DNA of 64,000 nt, taken from NCBI GenBank assembly GCA_934098735.1, contig CAKOOS010000001.1, positions 157,541-221,540 on the forward strand, given 5' to 3'. The DNA is from an uncultured Bacilli bacterium. Lineage in GTDB: Bacteria; Bacillota_I; Bacilli_A; RF39; UBA660. The translations under genes were made by a program, and so were the position numbers. Below, piece by piece: positions 52,223-62,322 of the stretch. The notes under the pieces are model-generated. The model saw only the letters and a program-made list of their open reading frames with translations. It was not told the DNA's origin and made no database searches. Position 1 is the stretch's first letter. Each line of letters starts with the position of its first letter.

Positions 52223-53359
52223 TTAGTTTTGTAAATACCATAAAAATTCATTATCATTTTTAACTTTATCTATAAAGCCACAGCCAAGACATTCTTCTCC
52301 TAGATATAAAACACAAGCTTGTCCTGGTGTAACGGCCTTAACTTTTTCTTGAAATTTAACTCTAACTTTATTATTTTCTAAATATTCTAATTCAACAGGA
52401 TGATCTTTATCTCGATAACGAAATTTAGCTGTACAAAAAGTTGGCCTTAAACTAGATATAAAGTTACAATTATCAATTATACATTCATCACTAAGTAAAT
52501 ATTTATTATCTTCACCAAAGGCTACATATAAAATATTTTTTTCAACATTTTTTCCACAAACGTAATGTCTTTTAGAATTTCCAGATATTCCGACATTTCT
52601 TCTTTGACCTATTGTATAATTCATTAATCCAGTATGTCTTCCAATTACTTTTTTAGTGTCAACATCAACAATATCACCAGGATTTGGTTTTAGATAATTT
52701 TCAATGAATTTTTGGTAATTTCTTTCACCGATAAAACAAATACCAGTTGAATCTTTCTTATGAGCAACATTAAGATCATTTTCTTCAGCAATTTTTCTTA
52801 TTTCAGGTTTAGTATAGTCTCCGACTGGAAATAAAACATTTGCAAATTGTTCTTTTTTAACATCAGCTAAAAAGTATGTTTGATCTTTATTTAAATCGAC
52901 ACTTCTTTTTAGTTTTCCATCTTCCAATTTAGCATAGTGACCTGTTGCTACAAAATCTGCTCCAAGCTTTTTGGCTTCTTTTATAAATAAATCAAATTTG
53001 ATAAATTTATTACACAATAAATCTGGATTAGGTGTTCTACCTTTTTTTAATTCTTCTAAAAAATAAGTAAAAACATAATCCCAGTATTCCTTTATAAAAT
53101 CAATACGATGAAGCTTTATTCCTAATTTATTACATAAATTTACTGCATCGTTATAATCTTTTTCTTGAGGACATATATCAGTAAAATCATTTGGATTACC
53201 AAGATAATCACCATTTATATTACTATCCCAGTTTCTCATAAATAATCCTTCAACTTCATATCCTGCATTTTTTAAAAGTAATGCAGCAACAGCAGAATCT
53301 ACTCCACCTGATATTCCAACTATAACTTTTTCCATAAACATCACATACTTAGTATACAT
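52223..53359 (-). CDS. mnmA: tRNA-specific 2-thiouridylase MnmA
   Basis: PP-loop VIVGISGGVDSAVAA and catalytic Cys residues. The start overlaps the upstream stop (TAATG). Confidence 0.85.
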   Translation of the reverse strand: MYTKYVMFMEKVIVGISGGVDSAVAALLLKNAGYEVEGLFMRNWDSNINGDYLGNPNDFTDICPQEKDYNDAVNLCNKLGIKLHRIDFIKEYWDYVFTYFLEELKKGRTPNPDLLCNKFIKFDLFIKEAKKLGADFVATGHYAKLEDGKLKRSVDLNKDQTYFLADVKKEQFANVLFPVGDYTKPEIRKIAEENDLNVAHKKDSTGICFIGERNYQKFIENYLKPNPGDIVDVDTKKVIGRHTGLMNYTIGQRRNVGISGNSKRHYVCGKNVEKNILYVAFGEDNKYLLSDECIIDNCNFISSLRPTFCTAKFRYRDKDHPVELEYLENNKVRVKFQEKVKAVTPGQACVLYLGEECLGCGFIDKVKNDNEFLWYLQN

Positions 53360-53928
53360 TAATTTATTAGAAAATTAAAGATATTAATTATTTTAGCCCC
53401 AGTAAAATATAAAATTACGTCAAAAATAACTATTAAAGCTATAAATATTAGTGCTTTTTTAAATAACAGTATAATTGTTTCTTTATTACTCTTTTTATAA
53501 ATAAAGTAATCAATTATACTTTTAACAATTTTAAATAAAGTTACTAAGAAAAACATTAGTAATATTATAAATATTAATTTGCTAATTATTACATAAATAA
53601 CACCATATAATAAACCCTTTATACCAAATATTATAGTTAAAGAACTAATAATAAATCCTATACTAAATCCATTATAAAATATAAAAAATATATCTAATGG
53701 TGCGCCAATTACAAAAATACTTAAAATAAATAAACTAGCTAAACTTATAAAATGAAGTAATATATTATTAAGTTTTATATTACTTTGTATCATTTCATTA
53801 ATGTTCAAAAAAAGTATTTCTTTTGTAGACTCATCTAATGTTACAACAAATACTATACCAACAACTACACCAATGAATAATAATATACTCATAAATATAT
53901 ACAATCTTTTATTAATGCTTGTCCACAT
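53359..53928 (-). CDS. polytopic membrane protein, SpoIIM/DUF95-like (tentative)
   Basis: Five predicted TM helices at SpoIIM-family size. Translationally coupled to mnmA. Confidence 0.35.
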   Translation of the reverse strand: MWTSINKRLYIFMSILLFIGVVVGIVFVVTLDESTKEILFLNINEMIQSNIKLNNILLHFISLASLFILSIFVIGAPLDIFFIFYNGFSIGFIISSLTIIFGIKGLLYGVIYVIISKLIFIILLMFFLVTLFKIVKSIIDYFIYKKSNKETIILLFKKALIFIALIVIFDVILYFTGAKIINIFNFLIN

Positions 53929-54135
53929 AATATCACCAATTAATTATATTGCAAATTAAATTTTTTTATGATAAATTATTGTTATGATATTTAGAAAAGC
54001 GGTGATAATGTGAATAAAAAAGCTCAAAAAATTATGGTTTGGGTTATGCTAATTGCAATGGTAGCTAGTGTTGTCGTAGGAATTCTTGCTTATATATTAT
54101 AAAAGATAAAAATAACGTAGAAGAAATTCTACGTT

Positions 54136-54891
54136 TTAATATGGAAATAAAAATGATATTAAATTGCTAAATTTATCTATATGAAAATACACAATAAATA
54201 AAGCTCCGACTAGAAATGGTCCATAAGGGAATTCATGCCTATTTTTTAAATGCAAACTTGCAAAAGCATAAGGAAGAGCTAAGAAACTTGAAAGAACTAA
54301 GGCAACTAATGCTAACTTTATATCAAGACATAAACCAATTATAAAACATAGTTTTATATCACCTCCACCTAATGATTCCTTTTTCAAAATAAATGATCCA
54401 ATTTCTTCAATTAAAAGCATAATAAGAAACATTGATATGCCTGATAAAATACTAAAAATACCAGTTTTAAATCCACTATATATTATTTTTATTATTATGA
54501 TTAAAACACCAGATATAATTAGAGATGAATCTAATATTATCATATATTTAAAATCACTTACGAAGATAATAACCATTAATGAAACAATAATGAGAGATAT
54601 TAAAAATTCTTCACCAAAAGGAAAATATAAATAAGATAATAAAAATAAAAACCCTGTGATTAATTCTACCCAAAAATGTTCACTATTTATTTTACTTTTA
54701 CAATTAGAACATTTACCTTTTTGGATTATATACGAAATTAAAGGAATTAAATTATACCACTTTAATTCCTTTTTACATGTATCACATCTGCTTCGAGAAA
54801 ATATAATATCTTCGTTTAATGGAAGTCTTGTTCCTACTACTAAATAAAATGAACCTAAAATTGTTCCTAATATAAACATAAATATTGCCAT
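54136..54891 (-). CDS. type IV prepilin peptidase (A24 family, PilD/ComC-like)
   Basis: N-terminal zinc-binding CxxC...CxxC (CDTCKKELKWYNLIPLISYIIQKGKCSNCKS). Polytopic membrane region with conserved Asp residues. Confidence 0.8.
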   Translation of the reverse strand: MAIFMFILGTILGSFYLVVGTRLPLNEDIIFSRSRCDTCKKELKWYNLIPLISYIIQKGKCSNCKSKINSEHFWVELITGFLFLLSYLYFPFGEEFLISLIIVSLMVIIFVSDFKYMIILDSSLIISGVLIIIIKIIYSGFKTGIFSILSGISMFLIMLLIEEIGSFILKKESLGGGDIKLCFIIGLCLDIKLALVALVLSSFLALPYAFASLHLKNRHEFPYGPFLVGALFIVYFHIDKFSNLISFLFPY

Positions 54892-54898
54892 ACTTCAC

Positions 54899-56464
54899 CT
54901 ATCCATTTTGTATTTGGGCGTACATATCAAACATTGGTACTATAACAGCTATAATAATTGCACCTACAACAAGAGCTAAAATAGATATCATAATAGGTTC
55001 TATAAATGATTTTAAACTATTGATAATATTTTTATGTAATAGTTGATAATATTCACTAACCTTTTGCATCATGTTTGCTAAATCTCCAGTTGATTCGCCA
55101 GTGACAATCATATAATATGCAACATCAGGTACTGCCCAATGATCCTTAAATGCTTCACTAATTTTTTCCCCTTTTACTATATTATTAATTGTTTTATATA
55201 AAATTGCTTTGTAAATTTCGTTATTTGTTATTCGGCTTAAGATATCCATACTATCAGTAATAAATACATTATTTCTTAATAATGAAGCAAATGTCTTAGA
55301 AAATATTGTAAGTTCATTATAAATGATAACATTTTTAACTATTGGTAAATGCATAAGAAAAATTTGCATACTTGTTCTAAACGCTTTGACGGTTTTATAG
55401 AGAACAACAATTATTAAAATTATTAAGATTATTACTAATAAAAATGTTAACCAGTTATTTTTCAAAAAAGTACTTATATCAATAACAAGTTTTGTCATAC
55501 CTGTTATTTTTGTACCATTTGCATCGTAAATTTCTATAAATTTTGGAACTACATATAGCAAAATAAAAGTTATTACGCCAATTGAAAAAACAGTTATTAT
55601 AGCTGGGTAAGTCATGGCACTTACCATTTGTTTATGAGTTTCATTTATTTCCGTATAATATGCAGCCATATCATCAAGAGTCTCAACTAAAGTACCACTA
55701 GCTTCAGCTGCTTTAATCATATTTACAAGCAATGCAGGAAACATATTTCCTTGTTTTTCTAAAGCTTTAGAAAATGATTCTCCTAAAGTTAGTTCATAAG
55801 AAATAGCTTTAAATGCCGTAGTTCGAGATTTATTTCCTTTCATTTGAGTTGTAAGAATTTTTATTGATTCATTTAATGTAAGACCTGCCTTAATATAAGT
55901 TGATAACTGAGTTAACCAAAATATAAGATCTTTTGTTGACATCTTTTTTCCAAAAAAACTTGTATCTTTATACAATAAATCAATCATTGGAGAGGTTTTT
56001 ATAGAGTAAACAATATATCCTTCATTTAATAAATAAGAATTTATATCTAATTTACTTAAACCATTCATAGTACCAGTTATTATTTTCCCAGTTGTATCTT
56101 TTACTTTATAATAATATACATGTGGTTCTTTAGTTCGTGTTGCCCCAGAAGTTTGTAAATCAATAAGAAGCATTTTTCTTTCTTCTTCTAATTTAGCTAG
56201 TAATTTGGGACTGTATTTATAAACTTTTTCTTTTTTTGGCTTTTTCTTTGTTCTTTCATATATTTTTTCTTCATCTGCCATGAAGGCCTGCTTAGTTGCT
56301 TCATAAGTTCTGCTTACACGATAACTTGTTCCATTGTATAAGTCAGCCCAAAAATCAAACCCTAAAAACTTTATTCCAACTAAAGCATAGGTAACTATAT
56401 TATAGAGAATAACAAATGGACTTTTTAATATGTCTATGAATTTTTTGGAATTAGTTGCTTCCAT
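54899..56464 (-). CDS. type II secretion system F-family platform protein (PilC/GspF-like)
   Basis: Two T2SSF-domain repeats, each with 3 TM segments. Extended N-terminus, so the true start may be internal. Confidence 0.75.
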   Translation of the reverse strand: MEATNSKKFIDILKSPFVILYNIVTYALVGIKFLGFDFWADLYNGTSYRVSRTYEATKQAFMADEEKIYERTKKKPKKEKVYKYSPKLLAKLEEERKMLLIDLQTSGATRTKEPHVYYYKVKDTTGKIITGTMNGLSKLDINSYLLNEGYIVYSIKTSPMIDLLYKDTSFFGKKMSTKDLIFWLTQLSTYIKAGLTLNESIKILTTQMKGNKSRTTAFKAISYELTLGESFSKALEKQGNMFPALLVNMIKAAEASGTLVETLDDMAAYYTEINETHKQMVSAMTYPAIITVFSIGVITFILLYVVPKFIEIYDANGTKITGMTKLVIDISTFLKNNWLTFLLVIILIILIIVVLYKTVKAFRTSMQIFLMHLPIVKNVIIYNELTIFSKTFASLLRNNVFITDSMDILSRITNNEIYKAILYKTINNIVKGEKISEAFKDHWAVPDVAYYMIVTGESTGDLANMMQKVSEYYQLLHKNIINSLKSFIEPIMISILALVVGAIIIAVIVPMFDMYAQIQNG

Positions 56465-56562
56465 AATAACCCATCCTTTACTCTATTTAAGTATATCAAA
56501 TAAATCTTTTTAATACAATCAATAATTTTTATTTTTTTCATATAATTATATAGGTGGTTATA

Positions 56563-56835
56563 ATGTTTGGCTCAAATATAACTGGCAGCTCTTTAAGCCT
56601 TTCTAAAATTTTAAGTGGTATTTCTAAAGCTTTAAATATAGCTAATCAGGCCATACCTATTTATAAAGAGATTAAACCAATTGCTCAGAATGCTCGAAAG
56701 ATTATGGGTGTATTAAAAGAATTTAATTCAAGTAGTGATTCTAAGCCTCAAAAAAATATAAAAGAAAATAAAAGCATAGAAAAAAAAGAAGTAAAAATGA
56801 TTTCTACTTCTTCTAAGCCAGTTTTTTTTCAATAA
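56563..56835 (+). CDS. hypothetical 90-aa protein divergent from pilC
   Basis: AGGTGG RBS before ATG 56563. The 3-prime end overlaps the trmK stop region. Could be spurious. Confidence 0.3.
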   Translation: MFGSNITGSSLSLSKILSGISKALNIANQAIPIYKEIKPIAQNARKIMGVLKEFNSSSDSKPQKNIKENKSIEKKEVKMISTSSKPVFFQ

Positions 56836-57418
56836 CATTAATATATTTTAGATACTTTAAATTCTTTGATTTACTAAATAATATTTTGTATTTATTTAAT
56901 AAATAATTTAAGTATTCTAAATTATTACTTTTTCCTAGTAGTATATCTTCTTCAGTTAAATTTTCTTTTCCTTTGGTATATTTTATAATGTCATAATAAA
57001 TCTCTTTTTCTTTTACAATTATTTCTTTTTCAACTTTATAACCAATACTATTTATAAATATTCTTAAGTCTGGTATGTTATTATGACTACATACAATTAT
57101 TTTTTTAGGTAAATTTTTTACACTAAGAATTTTTTTTATTGTTGATGATCCCATTCCTGTAATTATAGCAATATCATATTTTCCTGATAAATTTTTAAAT
57201 CCATCACTTTCTATTAATTCTATCTTATCTTCTAAATTATTTTTAATTAAATTCTTAGCACTATATTTTAGTACTTCTTTAGATATATCACTTGCTGTTA
57301 TAAACTTAGTTATATTATTTTGATATAAATATATTGGTAAATAAGCATGATCTGTTCCAATATCTACTACTTTAGAATTTGCATCTACTAAAGATGCAAT
57401 AGCTTGTATTCTTTTCAT
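56813..57418 (-). CDS. trmK: tRNA (adenine22-N1)-methyltransferase TrmK (YqfN-like)
   Basis: SAM motif VVDIGTDHAYLPIYL. Position directly downstream of sigA, as in B. subtilis. Confidence 0.75.
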   Translation of the reverse strand: MKRIQAIASLVDANSKVVDIGTDHAYLPIYLYQNNITKFITASDISKEVLKYSAKNLIKNNLEDKIELIESDGFKNLSGKYDIAIITGMGSSTIKKILSVKNLPKKIIVCSHNNIPDLRIFINSIGYKVEKEIIVKEKEIYYDIIKYTKGKENLTEEDILLGKSNNLEYLNYLLNKYKILFSKSKNLKYLKYINVIEKKLA

Positions 57419-58524
57419 TATTCTTCTAAGAAGTCTTTAAGCTTTTTAGCACGAGATGGATGACGAAGTTTTCGTAAAGCTTTGGCTTCAATTTGTCTTA
57501 TTCTTTCTCTGGTTACATTAAACTTTTTACCAACTTCTTCAAGAGTATGACATGTTCCATCAATCAAACCAAAACGTAATTCTAAAACTTCTTGTTCACG
57601 AGCTTGAAGAGACATTAATACTTCCTTTATTTCTTCTTTTAAAATCTCATTTTCTGTATATTCTTCAGGTGATAAACTTGATTCATCTTTAAGAAAATCC
57701 CCTAAATGTGAATCTTCTTCTTCACCAATCGGAGTTTCAAGAGATACTGGTTCTTGGCTTATTTTCATTACTTCTCTTACCTTTTCTACTCCTACTCCCA
57801 TTTTCTTGGCAATTTCTTCTTCGCTAGGTTCACGATTTAATTCTAGAGTAAGTTGTCTTTGAACTCTAGACATTTTATTAATTGTTTCAACCATGTGAAC
57901 TGGAACACGAATTGTTCTTGCTTGATCAGCTAAAGCTCTAGTTATAGCTTGTCTAATCCACCATGTTGCATAAGTTGAAAATTTATATCCTTTATCGTAG
58001 TCAAATTTTTCAACTGCTTTCATTAATCCAATGTTTCCTTCTTGAATTAAATCTAAAAATAGTAGCCCACGTCCAACATATCTCTTAGCAATAGAAACTA
58101 CTAAACGTAAATTAGATTCTGCTAAGATTCTTTTTGCTTCAGGATCATCGTCTGCAACCCTTTTAGATATTTCCATTTCTTCTTCACTTGAAAGTAGTGA
58201 AATTCTTCCTATTTCTTTTAAATACATTCTAACTGGATCATTGATATTTATATCTTTTGTAATATCTTCATCACTAAGTATAACTGTTTCTTCTTCTAAT
58301 TTTTCTTTTATTTTTGCTTCCCCGGTTGATTCATCAATATCAGCTTCTGCCACAACAGAAATACTATTATCTACAAGTTTATTATATAGATTATCTAAAG
58401 CATCATTGTCAATATCTAATCCTTTTAATTCTAAGGCTAATTCTTCATAGGTTATAAAGCCTTTTTCTTTTCCTTTTTGTATTAAAGTATTTTCTCTTTC
58501 TTCTAATGTTTTAATTTGTTCCAT
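57418..58524 (-). CDS. sigA: RNA polymerase primary sigma factor
   Basis: Regions 1.2 to 4.2, including the [20 protein letters not shown] region and the region 4 HTH. Confidence 0.9.
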   Translation of the reverse strand: MEQIKTLEERENTLIQKGKEKGFITYEELALELKGLDIDNDALDNLYNKLVDNSISVVAEADIDESTGEAKIKEKLEEETVILSDEDITKDININDPVRMYLKEIGRISLLSSEEEMEISKRVADDDPEAKRILAESNLRLVVSIAKRYVGRGLLFLDLIQEGNIGLMKAVEKFDYDKGYKFSTYATWWIRQAITRALADQARTIRVPVHMVETINKMSRVQRQLTLELNREPSEEEIAKKMGVGVEKVREVMKISQEPVSLETPIGEEEDSHLGDFLKDESSLSPEEYTENEILKEEIKEVLMSLQAREQEVLELRFGLIDGTCHTLEEVGKKFNVTRERIRQIEAKALRKLRHPSRAKKLKDFLEE

Positions 58525-58527
58525 TAT

Positions 58528-60261
58528 TCACACTTCCTTTTTAATTTCTGTCAACTTTTCCATCAACGCTATTTTCTTATTTATATCCATTTCCATTTTA
58601 ATTTTAGCTTTAAGATTCGTAATTTCTTCCTGCTTATAAATTTTTAATATCGCTTCTAGACATGAATTAAACTCATCATCGCTAATGACAGTATTTCCAT
58701 TTTCACTCATAATTATTTGCAAAAATGCAAGCACTTCTTCATTATTTCTTACAAATGTCAAAAAATCAGCAATATCGATATTTCCATGTACACTTTCATA
58801 ATATACTATTTCACTAGCTAAAATTCTCTCTATTTTTTCTTTAAAATATCCCAAGCGTTTTTTGTAAATTGCAATGTATTTATTACTAAAAAGCATATAG
58901 TATAATACTTTATGACTTGCCTTTTGATATTTTGTAACTTTATCTTGGCTACTTAAATTCATTTTTCTTTGGGGAGAAACATTATCTCTTTTTAAGCCAG
59001 ATTTTAAAGTTTCTATATCAACGGCATAATCTTTGCTTATTTTAGATATAACTAAGTCTTTTGTCAAGTCATCTTGATCATTTAAACTATTTATTACTTC
59101 TTTTACATAAATTATTAAATCTTCTAGATTATTAAGATTCTTGTTTTGTTTTAAGTATTCTATCTTAAAATCAATGTATTTTATAGCATGATCAATATTA
59201 TCTTGCATAGCTTTAATACCATTTGCTTCAATATATTCATCAGGATCTTTTTCTCCGCTTAATCTAACTACTTTAACTATTACACCAGCACTTTGAAGTA
59301 TTTCACCATTTTTAACCGTAGCTTCAAGACCAGCATTATCATTATCAAGCATCAATATGACAGGCATCTTCAATTTTTTTAAAATTTCAACATGTTCTTT
59401 AGATAAAGCTACTCCCATCAAGGCTACGACATTTTTAATTCCTTTAGCACTTAATTTTATAGCATCCATATTTCCTTCGACAACTATAACACTTTTAGCA
59501 TCTCTAATGTATTTTTTGGCATTATGATAATTAAATAAGATACTTCCTTTTTTAAATATTTCTGTTTCTTTCGTATTTAAGTACTTAGCTGTATTGTTTT
59601 CGCCATTAAATATTCTTCCAGTAAATCCTACCACTGATCCTTTTACATCTTCAATTGGGATTACTATTCTATTTATAAATGTATCATATATGTTAGCTCC
59701 CACTTTGTTTATTAAACCTAATTTATCTAAAATTTCAATATTCCATTTTTTATTTTGACATAATTTAAAAAATGTATCAGGACTGTTATTGGCAAGCCCT
59801 ATATTAAATTCTTTAATTATATCTTCTGTAATGCCTCTTTTTCTTAGATATTCGCGAGCTTTTATACCATCATCTGTAAACATATTATTTAAGTAGTATT
59901 TTGTGGCAAAATCATATATTTGATAATCTTCATCATATTTACTTTTTTCTATATTAACAAAATTATTAATATTTAAATTATACCCAATTTTGTTAGCTAC
60001 AATTTTTAAGGCTTCAGGAAAACTAACATTTTCATATTTCATTACAAATGTAAATACATTACCACCAGTTCGGCATGTAAAACAATTAAATATTTGTCTT
60101 TCTCTAGAAATTACTAATGAAGGAGAATGATCATCGTGAAATGGACATACTGCAACAAAATTTTTTCCTTTAGAAGTAACATTTAAATAACTAGAAACAA
60201 TGTCAACAATGTCAGCACGGCTTCTTATTTCGTTTATTTCTTCGTCTTTAATATACGCCAT
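58528..60261 (-). CDS. dnaG: DNA primase
   Basis: Zinc ribbon CPFHDDHSPS, TOPRIM domain, C-terminal DnaB-binding region. GAGGGGA RBS before ATG (rc of 60259-60261); the track start 60297 is likely an upstream extension. Confidence 0.9.
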   Translation of the reverse strand: MAYIKDEEINEIRSRADIVDIVSSYLNVTSKGKNFVAVCPFHDDHSPSLVISRERQIFNCFTCRTGGNVFTFVMKYENVSFPEALKIVANKIGYNLNINNFVNIEKSKYDEDYQIYDFATKYYLNNMFTDDGIKAREYLRKRGITEDIIKEFNIGLANNSPDTFFKLCQNKKWNIEILDKLGLINKVGANIYDTFINRIVIPIEDVKGSVVGFTGRIFNGENNTAKYLNTKETEIFKKGSILFNYHNAKKYIRDAKSVIVVEGNMDAIKLSAKGIKNVVALMGVALSKEHVEILKKLKMPVILMLDNDNAGLEATVKNGEILQSAGVIVKVVRLSGEKDPDEYIEANGIKAMQDNIDHAIKYIDFKIEYLKQNKNLNNLEDLIIYVKEVINSLNDQDDLTKDLVISKISKDYAVDIETLKSGLKRDNVSPQRKMNLSSQDKVTKYQKASHKVLYYMLFSNKYIAIYKKRLGYFKEKIERILASEIVYYESVHGNIDIADFLTFVRNNEEVLAFLQIIMSENGNTVISDDEFNSCLEAILKIYKQEEITNLKAKIKMEMDINKKIALMEKLTEIKKEV

Positions 60262-60355
60262 AATCTTCCCCTCAAAATGATAAATCAGTTGTCCCAAAAA
60301 TCGAAGTTATTATACCACTTTTTTAATCAATTTGCAAACAAAAAAAGTCTATATT

Positions 60356-61216
60356 TTACATTTTAAGACTTTTTTTGATAAAGATATTATTTAATAGTGC
60401 ATAAATCAAGCTAAATATTGTTACACTTATAATCATTCCCGTATAAAAGCTTATATATTTGGTTAAGAAAAAACCTACTGTAGAAGTAATTAGACCGTAT
60501 ATTATCCTATTTTTTTTAAGTAGTGGACTAGTACTGTTCCAAGGCATTATTATAATTAAAGCAAATATAGCATTTCCATTATATAAAAAATTTAAATCAT
60601 GAAAAAGGATTGCTAAAACCACATATATAATAAGGCCACTTACACTAATGCTAGTTTTATAACAAGTTTTTATTGATAATAATATAGTTAAAATAATGCC
60701 ATAAATAATTAATGTTGATCCTAGTCCTCCAATATTTCTTCCAAATAATAAATCTAGCGAGTTAAAAGCATAAATATTTAAACTTTCAGCTGGGTTTAAA
60801 AAACTTAAATGAGAAAATAAATGTAAAACTAATGTTATGAAGGAAATAGTTAGGGCTATATTAGGTAAATCTATATTTTTAAGGCTTAAATAAATTATGC
60901 TTCCTATTATAATTGCTATTATATACAGAATAAAATTTATACTATATGGCATGAAAAGTGGAATAATAAATAAAGACAATAAATAGAAATCTATTTGCAT
61001 TTTTTTTCTAAATACTTTGCAACATAAAAAATAAGCTATTATTCCTATTAAAGCTAAAAAAGGAAGCTTAAAAATACTTATAAAATTAATTAAATTTTTT
61101 GTATATAATAATACTCCATTTTTATAAATACCATATAGATATAAAGGAATTAAGGCTAAAATGTAAATTATAACATTTTCTTTAATTTCTTTTTTAGCAT
61201 GCATATAGACATTCAT
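60356..61216 (-). CDS. polytopic membrane protein, RnfD/NqrB-like (tentative)
   Basis: About 8 TM helices. GGLGSTL segment reminiscent of the RnfD YGGLG region and NSTSPLL reminiscent of the S-x-A-T-P-L flavin-site loop. 2-nt gap to the upstream RnfC-like gene. Confidence 0.35.
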   Translation of the reverse strand: MNVYMHAKKEIKENVIIYILALIPLYLYGIYKNGVLLYTKNLINFISIFKLPFLALIGIIAYFLCCKVFRKKMQIDFYLLSLFIIPLFMPYSINFILYIIAIIIGSIIYLSLKNIDLPNIALTISFITLVLHLFSHLSFLNPAESLNIYAFNSLDLLFGRNIGGLGSTLIIYGIILTILLSIKTCYKTSISVSGLIIYVVLAILFHDLNFLYNGNAIFALIIIMPWNSTSPLLKKNRIIYGLITSTVGFFLTKYISFYTGMIISVTIFSLIYALLNNIFIKKSLKM

Positions 61217-61218
61217 TT

Positions 61219-62322
61219 CTATCTTCCTTTCAACCTATTTCTAAAACAAATTCTAGCTGGACAAATATAGCTACATAATCCACAATCGAGGCATTTCTTT
61301 TTATTTTTTAATGTAAGTGGATTAACATTTTCTGGGCATATCTCTATACATTTTCCACAATTTATGCATTTATTTGAAATTACATTTGTCTTTTTCATTA
61401 TATTGATACTTTTAATATCTTTTGTAATTACAAAATCATCCACTCCATTTAATTTAAACCCTGTCATTAACCCATTTATAATTACTTCATAATCATTTTC
61501 TGTAATTTCAATATACTTGGTTACAAGAGCACTTAAAAGCGTATTTTCCTTTAATCTAAAAACTTTATTTTCTTTTATAGCATTTCCTGAAACCGTAATG
61601 ATCATAGTTGTAGAAATATTTGCTTTAAGTAAATCATTTATTTCTAAAATATCTTCAACTGTTAAATATAAACAGTTATTTTTTAAAGAAAGTTTTTCTG
61701 TTAAGTACCTTTCGTTTTCAAGTAAATACTCATCATTAACAAGTGTTAGTTTAATCTTTGGATAAGTTCCAATTACTTTAAGACATTCATCTATTATGAA
61801 AGCTTCATTATTTTTAATTATAAGCAAATTATTATCACTTTTATATATAATACTTAAACTTTCTATAAGTTCTAAAATGTCATCTATATTTTCTTTTAGT
61901 AAAAATATTTTATTATATACGTATGGATTATCATTAATATTACTTACTATGATAGTATCAAATGTTTTACTACTTTTAAATTTGTTAAATAATCTAGGAT
62001 TTTCTTCTATTAATTTTAGTAAATTGGGAATATTTAATTTTATCTTTTTTTTATCTTTTTCTTTGTTCATTTCCCTAAAATCATTTTCTATAACTAAAGT
62101 ATTTTGTTTTTTATTAAGAACATTACACTTCTTAATTCCAAGTACTTTTCCAGATACTGGTGAATAAATATTTTCACTAACCATTTGCCATTTATATACA
62201 AGATCATTTTCTTTAACGATAATATTTTTAACTGGTATATAAACATAATCTGGATTTAAAAAATAAGTTATTGTTGTTGGTGGCAAAATACTTTTATCTT
62301 TTTCTAACTTAATTAGATGCAT
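61219..62322 (-). CDS. RnfC-like protein: N-terminal RnfC_N barrel plus two C-terminal 4Fe-4S ferredoxin motifs, Gly-rich NAD/FMN motif absent
   Basis: IPVKN...VKENDLVYKWQ...IYSPVSGKVLGI parallels RnfC N-terminus (IPLKQH..VGDKVLRGQ..HAPTSGTVTAI). DTIIVSNINDNPYVYNK parallels ETLIINAAECEPYITAD. Two CxxCxxCxxxCP motifs, CINCGKCIEICP and CLDCGLCSYICP. No GLGGAGFP-type motif. Confidence 0.5.
   Translation of the reverse strand: MHLIKLEKDKSILPPTTITYFLNPDYVYIPVKNIIVKENDLVYKWQMVSENIYSPVSGKVLGIKKCNVLNKKQNTLVIENDFREMNKEKDKKKIKLNIPNLLKLIEENPRLFNKFKSSKTFDTIIVSNINDNPYVYNKIFLLKENIDDILELIESLSIIYKSDNNLLIIKNNEAFIIDECLKVIGTYPKIKLTLVNDEYLLENERYLTEKLSLKNNCLYLTVEDILEINDLLKANISTTMIITVSGNAIKENKVFRLKENTLLSALVTKYIEITENDYEVIINGLMTGFKLNGVDDFVITKDIKSINIMKKTNVISNKCINCGKCIEICPENVNPLTLKNKKKCLDCGLCSYICPARICFRNRLKGR

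Noticed and set aside
60338-60377. Terminator after the RnfD-like gene
   Set aside because: The AGTCT...AGACT stem is only 5 bp with a 15-nt loop before the T-run. It is too weak to call confidently; read-through into dnaG is plausible.
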